Shown here in pieces: positions 15,565 to 24,366 of a stretch of DNA of 44,881 nucleotides; position 1 is the first letter of the stretch, and every line of letters begins with the position of its first letter. The notes beneath the pieces are model-generated. The model saw only the letters and a program-made list of their open reading frames with translations, searched no databases and was not told the origin of the DNA. Origin of the DNA: Kiritimatiellia bacterium (GTDB lineage Bacteria > Verrucomicrobiota > Kiritimatiellia > RFP12 > UBA1067); assembly GCA_017613085.1 (NCBI GenBank), contig JAGAEL010000154.1, positions 1 through 44,881 on the forward strand, written 5' to 3'. Position numbers and translations under genes: made by a program.

Positions 15565-18168
15565 TTACCAGCTCGAAGCTGAGCGATTTCTTCGCGTCAC
15601 CGTGTGGACAATTCCGCCGAACAGTAATACGGACGCCCCGAGGGCGAATGTGCGTAACCAGACCTCAAGGGACAGGGGGACCGTCTGGAAGAGGTTTCCG
15701 CCGTACTGGACCATCAAGACCTGCAAGGCCGCCACAAGCCCCATCACGCCGAGGAAACTCCTGCTGCGGAAGAGGCCTCCGAACGCCGATCCACCGGCGC
15801 GGACACTCCGCGCGTTGACGGCGTTGAAGAGTTGAAGCCAGACAAAGCAGTTGAACACGGAGGTGGCTTTCTGCGCTTCCGGCGCCCCTAACCAGTTCGT
15901 CGTCTGGACGAACAACATGACCGCGACGAACGCCATCCCCATCGCGGCGATGTTGACCGCCATCGTCCGCGTCACAAACGCTTCGTCCGTCTTCTTCGGC
16001 GGTATCGACATCACTTCCGGGCGCGGCGGCTCCAGCCCGAACGCCAGCGCGGCGAGGGTGTCCATAATCAGGTTCAGCCAGAGGAACTGCAACACCGTCA
16101 ACGGCGTTTGCGCGAATCCGGCCGACGGCCAGAGCAATGCGGCAAGGGGACTGATAAACGCGAAGAACAGCGCGGAGACGTTCACCGTCAGCTGGAACTG
16201 CAGGAACTTCTGCAGGTTCTCATAGAGCGTCCGTCCCCATTTGACAGCGCGGACGATGCTCCCAAAGTTATCATCGGTCAACACGATATCGCTTACCGAT
16301 TTCGCCACATCCGTCCCTCGGACACCCATCGCGATTCCGACATCCGCCTGTTTCAGGGCGGGGGCATCGTTCGTCCCGTCGCCGGTCATCGCGACGACTT
16401 CGCCCTCCTCCTGCAACAGGCGCACGAGCCGCGCCTTGGTGTCGGGCCTCGCCCGCGCAATTACGTTCACGGACTTCAACAGGACGTGCAGTTCTTCGTC
16501 ACTTTTCGCCGCGAACGTCTCCCCCGTCAACACCTCCGTCACGGATTTCGGAGGCAACAGTCCTGCGTCACGGGCGATAGACCGTGCGGTAAGCGGATGG
16601 TCGCCGGTGATCATCATCACCCGGATTCCCGCCTTGCCGCACGACTGCACCGCCTCGGCCACATCCGGGCGGAGCGGATCGGACAGGCCGACAATACCGA
16701 GAAGCGTCAATCCCTCCTCCGGCGCGTCTCCATCCCGTTCTTTTTTATAGGCGACGGCCAACGTCCGCACCGCCCGTTCCGCCAGTTCGCGCACGATGCG
16801 TTCCGCCCCTGCGGTATCCCCTTCCGTACAGAGGGGGAATACCCGTTCCGGCGCACCTTTGGTAAAGACGTAACCGCCCGCCACCGTGGTCATCCGTTTA
16901 CGGTCTGCCGAAAACGGGATACGCCGATCGACCGGCGTTCCGGCGCGGAGATCCGTATACCGTACCCCCTGCTCGAAAAACCAGCGCAGGACGGCCGCTT
17001 CCGTGGCGTTACCGACCGCGTGTCCCTCCGCATCGATCTCGGCGGTCGAGTTGAGGGCGAAACTGCGGGCGAAAAGCTCGAAAGCCGCATCGGATTTCGC
17101 CTGTCCGAGCGTCGCCCCGGAGTAACGCGCCCCGCCGAACCAGAGGGTATCGACGCTCATCCGGTTCATCGTGAGCGTGCCGGTCTTGTCCGTGCAGATC
17201 ACCGTCGCGCTGCCGATCGTCTCCGCCGCGACCATTTTCCGGACAAGATTGTTGTCCTCCCGTATTTTCCGCATCCCGAGGCCGAGCGTGACGAAAACCG
17301 CCAGCGGCAACCCTTCCGGGACGGCGACGACCACGATCGTCACCGCGACCATGAACGCGCGGAACAACGCGCCCGCCACACCCGCGAACGTATAGTGGGC
17401 TATCGAGTTGAGGGCGCACCCCGAAAGGACGGCGAAGATCAAGACGGCCGCCGCCATGCCCCAGACGCTGATTTGCTGCGACAGCTTCTTCAAGCGTTTC
17501 TGCAACGGCGTCAACGGTTCCCCCTCCTTCGCCGCCTCGCCGCGCAGGGAGGCGGCGAGACGTCCGAGTTCGGTATTGTCGCCGACCGCCGTCACACAGG
17601 CGACCGCCTGTCCGGAGAGGACGTATGTCCCCCCGGTGAGACGGTCTCCCTGCCGTTCTTTCCGCACCGGCATCTGTTCCCCCGTCATCAGGGATTCATC
17701 CACCTCGAACTCCGCCCCCGAAAGATAACGTGCGTCCGCCGGAATCTTGTCCCCCGTCTCCAGATGCACAATGTCGCCCACGACGACCTTGCTGTTCGAA
17801 ATCAATAGGAAACGGGTGTCGCGGATCACCTTTACCTTGATTTCATCGGTATCGCGTTTCAACAGTTCAAACGCCTTGTCGGCTTTCAACTCGCTCCACA
17901 GCGTTCCGCAGGTCGCGACGAAGACGGCGAGCAGGATGGCCACGCCTTCCCAAGGGAAGTTCCCCCTCGTGACCTCCATCAGGATGGAAACGGCGGCACA
18001 GACGCAAAGGATGAGGACGGTCAGATCGGTGAATTTTTCCAGGAAGAGGGAAAGCAGGGATTTTTTCTTCGGAGGCGTAAGCGTGTTCGAGCCGTACCGT
18101 TTACGGCTTTCAAAGACCTCGGCGGAACTGAGGCCGGTTTTCGAATCGGTGGAAGGTTGCGTGTTCAT
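15565..18168 (-). CDS. P-type cation-transporting ATPase (P2, Ca2+/Mg2+-type)
   Basis: It has the phosphorylation motif ICTDKTGTLT, plus MITGDHPLTA and TGDGTNDAPALKQADVGIAMG. There is an N-terminal cation-ATPase-N-like segment and about 10 hydrophobic helices. The start is set at the ATG at 18168 (MNTQPS), which forms an ATGA overlap with the stop of the upstream ABC gene. The track start at 18183 is an alternative. Confidence 0.9.
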   Translation of the reverse strand: MNTQPSTDSKTGLSSAEVFESRKRYGSNTLTPPKKKSLLSLFLEKFTDLTVLILCVCAAVSILMEVTRGNFPWEGVAILLAVFVATCGTLWSELKADKAFELLKRDTDEIKVKVIRDTRFLLISNSKVVVGDIVHLETGDKIPADARYLSGAEFEVDESLMTGEQMPVRKERQGDRLTGGTYVLSGQAVACVTAVGDNTELGRLAASLRGEAAKEGEPLTPLQKRLKKLSQQISVWGMAAAVLIFAVLSGCALNSIAHYTFAGVAGALFRAFMVAVTIVVVAVPEGLPLAVFVTLGLGMRKIREDNNLVRKMVAAETIGSATVICTDKTGTLTMNRMSVDTLWFGGARYSGATLGQAKSDAAFELFARSFALNSTAEIDAEGHAVGNATEAAVLRWFFEQGVRYTDLRAGTPVDRRIPFSADRKRMTTVAGGYVFTKGAPERVFPLCTEGDTAGAERIVRELAERAVRTLAVAYKKERDGDAPEEGLTLLGIVGLSDPLRPDVAEAVQSCGKAGIRVMMITGDHPLTARSIARDAGLLPPKSVTEVLTGETFAAKSDEELHVLLKSVNVIARARPDTKARLVRLLQEEGEVVAMTGDGTNDAPALKQADVGIAMGVRGTDVAKSVSDIVLTDDNFGSIVRAVKWGRTLYENLQKFLQFQLTVNVSALFFAFISPLAALLWPSAGFAQTPLTVLQFLWLNLIMDTLAALAFGLEPPRPEVMSIPPKKTDEAFVTRTMAVNIAAMGMAFVAVMLFVQTTNWLGAPEAQKATSVFNCFVWLQLFNAVNARSVRAGGSAFGGLFRSRSFLGVMGLVAALQVLMVQYGGNLFQTVPLSLEVWLRTFALGASVLLFGGIVHTVTRRNRSASSW

Positions 18169-18926
18169 CCGGGCGTGACACAATAAGAGGGTGAGTCGGG
18201 AAGTTGGAAAAGGGAGACGGGACAGCCGTACACACGCGACAGGATTTCCGGACGGAAGAGGTCGGCGACACCTCCGTCCGCCGCGATCCGCCCATCGCGC
18301 AACAACGCGATCCGGGGGAAATAGCGGCTTGCGAAGGTGAGGTCGTGTACGGCGGCGACGATGGCGACACCTTTCTCCTCATTGAGACGAAGCAGGATCG
18401 ACGCGAGGCGCACGTGGTGCGCCAGGTCAAGGTTCGCGGCGGGTTCGTCGAGCAGGAGGACTTCGGGACGCGCCGCAAGGGCCATTGCAAGGGAGGCGAG
18501 GCGGCGTTCGCCGCCGCTCAGCTCCGTCACCGGGCGGTCTTCGAGAGGCAGAAGCCCGGTCGCCTCCAACGCTTCGTCAACCGCCTCGCGGTCTTCACGC
18601 GAAGGATTCCCGAACCTCGGAAGCCAGGGAGTCCTGCCCAGCGTCACGAACGCGCGCACGGTGAAGGGAACGTCACGCGGCGTCTCCTGGGGGACCGTCC
18701 GCAGACGACGCGCACGCGGTTCCGGAATCGTCACGCGACCGGAAAACGGGGCGAGCGCGCCGGAAAGGACGCGCAGCAGCGTGGACTTTCCGGCGCCGTT
18801 CGGCCCTGCCAAGGCAATCCGCTCGCCGGGATTCACGCGGAAGGTCACGCCTTGCAGAACGGTGCGGTCGCGGTAACCGGCCGTAACGTCTTCCAACGCG
18901 GAAATAGGCTGTCCCGTCCTCTCCAT
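18165..18926 (-). CDS. ABC transporter ATP-binding protein (FepC/BtuD/ZnuC-like), with no adjacent permease
   Basis: Walker A GPNGAGKST, signature LSGGERR, Walker B LLLDEP, and an H-loop (AAVHDL). Confidence 0.88.
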   Translation of the reverse strand: MERTGQPISALEDVTAGYRDRTVLQGVTFRVNPGERIALAGPNGAGKSTLLRVLSGALAPFSGRVTIPEPRARRLRTVPQETPRDVPFTVRAFVTLGRTPWLPRFGNPSREDREAVDEALEATGLLPLEDRPVTELSGGERRLASLAMALAARPEVLLLDEPAANLDLAHHVRLASILLRLNEEKGVAIVAAVHDLTFASRYFPRIALLRDGRIAADGGVADLFRPEILSRVYGCPVSLFQLPDSPSYCVTPG

Positions 18927-18929
18927 ACG

Positions 18930-21083
18930 TTATCCACCCGTCACCTTTCCCGTCATGCTGACCGTTAAATCCTCCGTCGCGCCCTTACGCGAGCGCAACG
19001 CGACATTCGCGAATCCCCATTCGGCAAGCGAGAGGAGAAGCGCCAGCCAAAGCACCAGTTCGGTGAACGAACGCCCGTTCCGGCGTTCTTCGACAAGCCT
19101 CGCCAGTTCCTCCGCATCGGCCGCGACAACGCAATTCTTGAACCCCGTACATTCCGCCACGTCGTCCGGCGACACGGGATCGAGCTTCGACTCCGCCCGG
19201 TCGGTGTTGACCGCCAGCACGGGTTCATCGGAAGCGTCCGCTTTCGTCCGCAGGTAGATGCCGGGTTCGGGAAGTTCTTCCAGGACGAAGTTCCGCCCCC
19301 CGGTTTCTTTCACGAGCAGCGGCGCACCGGAAGGAACCGTGATTTTGTCCTCCTCGCGGTAGTTCGGGATCGCCTCGTTGGCCGGCATCGAAGCGCCCAG
19401 CGTCACGTGCGCGGGCTGGACCGACGCGCCGCTTCCCTGGCGGATCAGCTGGTGTACGACCGGCACGAAAAACGCCGTCAACGGGAACGTGCTCCACTCG
19501 CGTGTCGCCCCGACGGTGAAAAGGAAACAACGGCCGCGTCCCACCGCACGGCCGAGCAGGAACGGCGTCCCCTCCCCTGCGGTAACGAGCGTCGCCGCCT
19601 GTTCCGCCGGTTCGCCGTCGATCCGCAGGATACGTTTGAGCGCGATGGTCGGCATCGTCCCCGGCGGCAACGGCATCGTGAAATCAACCGCCTGCCCTTC
19701 CTTGCGGGGCAAGCGGCGCAAGAAACGCGCGGCATCGGCCGACGCGACGGAGGCGACCTCGCCCGGTTGCGCGGGGAGGATTTTGAACGTGGCATAAGCG
19801 GAAGGATCGCACGTCTCGCCGGGGAAGAAGACGGCCACGCCGCCGTTCTGCACGTAGGTTTCGATCCGCAGGACGTCCTGTCCGGAAAGCGGGAGCGCGT
19901 CGCAGAAGAAGACCGCCTGGAAATCGCGCAGATCGACCGTGTCCAGCGCACCGGGGGCGACCTGCCGCACACTGTCATCCGACGCGCCGGGAGCAAGCGC
20001 GACGCGGAGGTAGCGCACGGCTTCTTCGCCGCCCACGACCAGCACCGGGAGCCGGCGGTTCACCCGCAGCAGAAACTGGAAGGCGTCATCCTCCGCCAGC
20101 GCGTCCTTCGGCGTGGAGACGGACGCGACGTGAACGCCGGCTTCCAGGTTGTTCAAGACGAATTCGACGGAGGCTTCCGTTCCCGGTTCCGCCGTGACGG
20201 AACGGCTGCCGTTTTCCTGTCCGTCAATCTTAAGCGTGACGGTGACGGGTTTCGGCGCGCCGGTACGCCCGACGCGCACGGCGACACGCGCACTCTGCCC
20301 CTGCAACATCAACGGCGGGGAAACCTTGACATGCGCGGGGAAAGCGTTCTCCGAGCTGACCGCGCCGGCGAGCAGCGTGAAGAGCGCGACCTTGTCCCGG
20401 TTTTCGCGGGAAATGCGTTCCTGTCCATCCCCGTCTTCTTTCGTTTTGGAAGAGCGGAAACCGTCCCACGACAACGCCTGTCCGTCCGTCAACACGAACA
20501 CTTCTTTCTCGGTCTTCTCCTTCAAGGCGTCGAGCGTCCGAATGGCGGCGGCGACGGCCTCGTCGAGTTTCGCGGAGACGTGCGTAGACGACAACGCCTG
20601 GATCGCGCCCACGACCGTCGCGTGCTCCGTTGTCGGCTTCTCGATGACCGGCACCGCCGTAGACGCGGCAAGATAGACACAGACGCGGTCGCCCGGATGC
20701 AACGCCTGCACAATCTGCACGGCGGCATCTTTGCAGAGCGACCAGACCTTGCCGCGATCCATTTCGTAGTTCATGCTGTAGGAGCCGTCGATCACGATCG
20801 CCACGTCGCGGCGCGAGCGGCCGAGAAAGGAATCCGCCCCCGCGACGTTGCGGAGTACGGGGCGGGCGAACGCCAGCGCCAACGCGACCAGAAGCGCGGT
20901 GCGCAGCAGCCACAGCAGGAAATTTTCAAACCGCACACGGCTGGAGGAACGCTTCTGCGCCGCCTTCAGGAACCGGATGGTCGGGAACGGCGTGTTCACC
21001 GTCCGCCGCCGCTGGAACATGTGGAGCATGAGCGGGATACCGGCGGCGAGTAACGCCCAGAGAAACATGGGGGATCCAAACAT
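18930..21083 (-). CDS. BatA-domain / von Willebrand factor A domain membrane protein
   Basis: N-terminal double-TM BatA-type segment (FLWALLAAGIPLMLHMFQRRR...FLLWLLRTALLVALALAF). VWA MIDAS-like motif VIDGSYSM. A C-terminal TM helix is present. The stop lies 3 nt before the ABC gene start. Confidence 0.85.
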   Translation of the reverse strand: MFGSPMFLWALLAAGIPLMLHMFQRRRTVNTPFPTIRFLKAAQKRSSSRVRFENFLLWLLRTALLVALALAFARPVLRNVAGADSFLGRSRRDVAIVIDGSYSMNYEMDRGKVWSLCKDAAVQIVQALHPGDRVCVYLAASTAVPVIEKPTTEHATVVGAIQALSSTHVSAKLDEAVAAAIRTLDALKEKTEKEVFVLTDGQALSWDGFRSSKTKEDGDGQERISRENRDKVALFTLLAGAVSSENAFPAHVKVSPPLMLQGQSARVAVRVGRTGAPKPVTVTLKIDGQENGSRSVTAEPGTEASVEFVLNNLEAGVHVASVSTPKDALAEDDAFQFLLRVNRRLPVLVVGGEEAVRYLRVALAPGASDDSVRQVAPGALDTVDLRDFQAVFFCDALPLSGQDVLRIETYVQNGGVAVFFPGETCDPSAYATFKILPAQPGEVASVASADAARFLRRLPRKEGQAVDFTMPLPPGTMPTIALKRILRIDGEPAEQAATLVTAGEGTPFLLGRAVGRGRCFLFTVGATREWSTFPLTAFFVPVVHQLIRQGSGASVQPAHVTLGASMPANEAIPNYREEDKITVPSGAPLLVKETGGRNFVLEELPEPGIYLRTKADASDEPVLAVNTDRAESKLDPVSPDDVAECTGFKNCVVAADAEELARLVEERRNGRSFTELVLWLALLLSLAEWGFANVALRSRKGATEDLTVSMTGKVTGG

Positions 21084-21088
21084 GGCGG

Positions 21089-21997
21089 CTACCTCGACAT
21101 CCGTTTCCGTTCTTCCAGATAGGCGCGGACAAACGTGTCCACCGGTTCGTCGGTGGTGACGAGGCGGTAATCGACCTTCATCTCCGCGAACGCCTTGCGG
21201 TAGGTTTCGATGAACGCGCCCATGATGTCCTTGTACTCTTTCGCCATCGAACGGGGATCGGCGATAATCTTCTCACCCGTCTCCAGGTCTTCGAACTCCG
21301 CGCCGCGTTTCAGGTTCAACGTCAGCTCGACCGGATCGAGCGTGTGGAAAACGATCACGTCGTGCATATTTTTCCTGAAATGCGCGACCGCTTTGACGAT
21401 TCCCTCCTGGTCATCCAGCAGATCGGAGACGAGGACGACGAGGGCGCGGCGGCTGATTGCCTCCGCGATCTGGTGCATCACGTCGGCGCCGTGCGTACCC
21501 TTCTCCGGCTTGAAGGTCTGCAAGACTTTGAGCGAATTGTTCCACTCGTTGAACGAATTGCGGCAAGGCAGGGCGGCATCCATCTTTTCCCCGTAGATGT
21601 ACATCCCCACCGCGTCCCGCGCCTTCAACACAACGTACCCGAGCGCGGCGGCGAGCGTCGCGGCGTAGGCGTATTTCGTGGGGCGGTCCGGATCGGAGGT
21701 GTAGTACATCGACCCGCTCCGGTCAAGAAGCAGGTAGACGCGCAGATTGGTCTCGTCCTGGTAGCGGCGGATGTAGTACTTGTCCGTCCGGCCCAGCACT
21801 TTCCAATCGATACGCTTCAAGTCGTCGCCGGGCATATACGAACGGTGGTCGGCGAATTCGGTGCTGGAACCTTTCTGCGCGCTACGGTGGCGTCCCGCCA
21901 GCGTGCCTTCCACGACATAGCGTGAATTCAAGACCAGCTGGTTCAGTTTCGCCATCTGCGCGACATTCAGATATGCCGAGATTCCTTCCTTCTGCAT
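21089..21997 (-). CDS. DUF58 domain protein (MoxR-associated VWA-like family)
   Basis: DUF58 core GRHRSAQKGSSTEFADHRSYMPGDDLKRIDWK and LLLDRSGSM. The start is trimmed to the ATG at 21997 (MQKEGIS), which follows a GAAGGAAGG RBS. Confidence 0.85.
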   Translation of the reverse strand: MQKEGISAYLNVAQMAKLNQLVLNSRYVVEGTLAGRHRSAQKGSSTEFADHRSYMPGDDLKRIDWKVLGRTDKYYIRRYQDETNLRVYLLLDRSGSMYYTSDPDRPTKYAYAATLAAALGYVVLKARDAVGMYIYGEKMDAALPCRNSFNEWNNSLKVLQTFKPEKGTHGADVMHQIAEAISRRALVVLVSDLLDDQEGIVKAVAHFRKNMHDVIVFHTLDPVELTLNLKRGAEFEDLETGEKIIADPRSMAKEYKDIMGAFIETYRKAFAEMKVDYRLVTTDEPVDTFVRAYLEERKRMSR

Positions 21998-22010
21998 CTG
22001 CACCTTCCTT

Positions 22011-22829
22011 CTAGCGCCGCGCGCGTTTCGCAAGAATCCAGAAATCGCCGGCGCTGTCGATCATCAAGGCGAACGAAGCGTCGGAAGCGAGTTTCACAAG
22101 ACGGATGCCGTTCACCGCCTTCCCGCCCTCGCCGGAGATACCCCGTTCGCGCTTGCCGTCGCGCACCGCCTCGAAATCGACCAGCAACGGCATCCCCGGT
22201 TTCACGCCGATGACCGCAGCTTCGAGTCCTGCGCCGTACGCATGCTGCGAAAACGTCTTCAACGACGTGCCTTCTCGTCCGAGCGCCGGACTGTAAAGGA
22301 CGAAACGCTGGTTCGTCAACCCTTTGATTTTTGAAAACTCCGCCAGGCGGTAGTTCCAGGCGTCGCCGAAACGGTCCGTCCTGGGCAACGGCGCACCTTT
22401 CGCGGCCGTCAACACGGGGGCGAGCGTGACGGGGTATTCGACGTGCGCGACGTAATAGCTCCGCAGCGCCTTGCCCACGCGCACGGCATCGAACCGGGTG
22501 AGCCAGCGTTTCGCCTGAATGTCCGCGAAACGCGCCGTCGCCGTCTTCGCCTTTCCCTTGAGCATGGCGGATTCGAAAACCCGTTCGGCATCCGCCGCAT
22601 CCCCCATCGCGTAGAGATGCCAGGCGGCGAGCGTCTTGACCGCCGGCAGCCACTCGCCGAGCGTGGAGGTTTTCTGCATCACAGGCTGGCACGCCGCGAG
22701 GAACGCCCGGTGGTCCGTCCCCGTGCGCACATGTACAGACCAGACCTTCAAAAACGATTCCTCCTGCGGCGTGACCGCGCCCGCGCACCCCGCCAAGAAA
22801 AGGAATCCGAGTATCCTTGCAAAATTCAT
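22011..22829 (-). CDS. Hypothetical lipoprotein
   Basis: A lipobox signal MNFARILGFLFLAGC follows the internal ATG at 22829. I do not recognise any family. It is the first gene in the same-strand run 22829->14723. Confidence 0.65.
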   Translation of the reverse strand: MNFARILGFLFLAGCAGAVTPQEESFLKVWSVHVRTGTDHRAFLAACQPVMQKTSTLGEWLPAVKTLAAWHLYAMGDAADAERVFESAMLKGKAKTATARFADIQAKRWLTRFDAVRVGKALRSYYVAHVEYPVTLAPVLTAAKGAPLPRTDRFGDAWNYRLAEFSKIKGLTNQRFVLYSPALGREGTSLKTFSQHAYGAGLEAAVIGVKPGMPLLVDFEAVRDGKRERGISGEGGKAVNGIRLVKLASDASFALMIDSAGDFWILAKRARR

Positions 22830-22941
22830 GTCTCCACCATACCATACATACAGGGCTGGTTGCAACCGCAATCAACGCATCTCCTCCAGACTTTTTCCGT
22901 TGGCCGGATGCGCCCTTCCGACAATTCGTTTTGTTTCGCGC

Positions 22942-22970
22942 TTGAATGGGAGGGGATTGTGCCGTATACT
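22942..22970 (+). promoter_or_regulatory. Sigma70-like promoter for gltX
   Basis: TTGAAT (22942-22947), a 17-nt spacer, then TATACT (22965-22970). An AAGGAG RBS is at 22992-22997. Confidence 0.55.
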
Positions 22971-23005
22971 AGACGTTCACGTTACGGATTCAAGGAGTTT
23001 TTTCC

Positions 23006-24334
23006 ATGTCAGCGATTCGCGTTCGTTTTGCACCTAGCCCGACCGGCAATGTCCACATCGGCAACATTCGCGCGGCCATCTTCAACTGGCTTTTCGCCCG
23101 CCACACGGGCGGCAAGTTCCTCCTCCGCGTTGAAGACACGGACAGGGAGCGTTCCACGCCCGAGGCCATCCAGACCCTCTTGGACGCTATGAAGTGGCTG
23201 AAGCTCGACTACGATGAACCCGAAGTCTACCAGAGTCACAACACCCGGCGCCACCTCGCCGTCGCGGAGGACTTCCTCCGCCGAGGGCTTGCCTACAAGG
23301 AGGACAAGGGCGGCAAGGGCGAGTGCGTCATCTTCCGGATGCCCAAGCAGGGCCGCCTGACCTACCACGACCTGGTGAAGGGCGACATGAAGAAGAAGGC
23401 GGAGGACACCCAGGATTTCGTGATCGTCCGCGCCGACGGTTCGCCGGTCTTCCACCTCGCCAACGTGATCGACGACATCGACCAAGGGATCACCCATGTC
23501 ATCCGCGGCGACGACCACGTGGAGAACACGTTCAAGCACATCGAGCTGTTCAAGGCGATCGGTGCGCCAGTCCCGCAGTACGCCCACCTCCCGATGATCG
23601 TCAACAACATGGGCAAGCCCTATTCGAAGCGAGACGGCGCGGCGTTCGTGGGCGAATTCCGCGAACAGGGGTATCTGCCCGACGCGCTCTTCAACTTCCT
23701 GTTGCTGCTCGGCTGGGCGCCGGGCGACGACCGCGAAGTGCTTACACGCGAGGAGATGATCGAGTTGTTCACGCTGGAGAAGTGCAAGTCCAGCCCCGCC
23801 CGTTTCGACATGAAGAAGCTCCAGTGGATGAACGGCGAGTACATCCGCAACACTCCCGTAGAAGAGTACGAGCGGGAGTTCGTAACCCGCGTGAAAGAGG
23901 CGGGGCTTCCCGTCGAAGGCGTGGACCTCAACGGGATTGTCTCGCAAATGCAGGTCAGGACGAAGTTCTACAAGGACATCCCGGGGAACTGTTCCTACTT
24001 CTTCACCGAAACGTATCCGTTCGACCCGAAGGGCGTCGCCAAGCGCCTGAAGGGGGAAGGCGTCCCGTCCCTCCTAGAAAAGGCCGCGGCCGCGTTCGAG
24101 ACGCTGGATCCGTTCGACAAGACGACTGCCGAGGAGGCGGTCAAGCAGCTTGCGGGCGAAGGCGGCATGGGCGCGGTGATCCATCCCGTGCGCGTCGCCG
24201 TCTCCGGCCTGACGGAGGGTCCCGGCCTCTTCGAAATGCTGGAACTCCTCGGCAAGGAGAAAGTCTGCCGCCGCCTTCGCGCGGTCGCGGCGGGGTTGCA
24301 GGATCCTTCCGGCCCGTTCGCCGCCCTCTCGTAA
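23006..24334 (+). CDS. gltX: Glutamate--tRNA ligase
   Basis: Class-I HIGH region APSPTGNVHIGNIRAA, EDTDRERS block, and KMSKS-equivalent GKPYSKRDG. The 442-aa length is typical. Confidence 0.93.
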   Translation: MSAIRVRFAPSPTGNVHIGNIRAAIFNWLFARHTGGKFLLRVEDTDRERSTPEAIQTLLDAMKWLKLDYDEPEVYQSHNTRRHLAVAEDFLRRGLAYKEDKGGKGECVIFRMPKQGRLTYHDLVKGDMKKKAEDTQDFVIVRADGSPVFHLANVIDDIDQGITHVIRGDDHVENTFKHIELFKAIGAPVPQYAHLPMIVNNMGKPYSKRDGAAFVGEFREQGYLPDALFNFLLLLGWAPGDDREVLTREEMIELFTLEKCKSSPARFDMKKLQWMNGEYIRNTPVEEYEREFVTRVKEAGLPVEGVDLNGIVSQMQVRTKFYKDIPGNCSYFFTETYPFDPKGVAKRLKGEGVPSLLEKAAAAFETLDPFDKTTAEEAVKQLAGEGGMGAVIHPVRVAVSGLTEGPGLFEMLELLGKEKVCRRLRAVAAGLQDPSGPFAALS

Positions 24335-24366
24335 TTTCCGAAATGAACCAACCTTAGGGTAACGCC

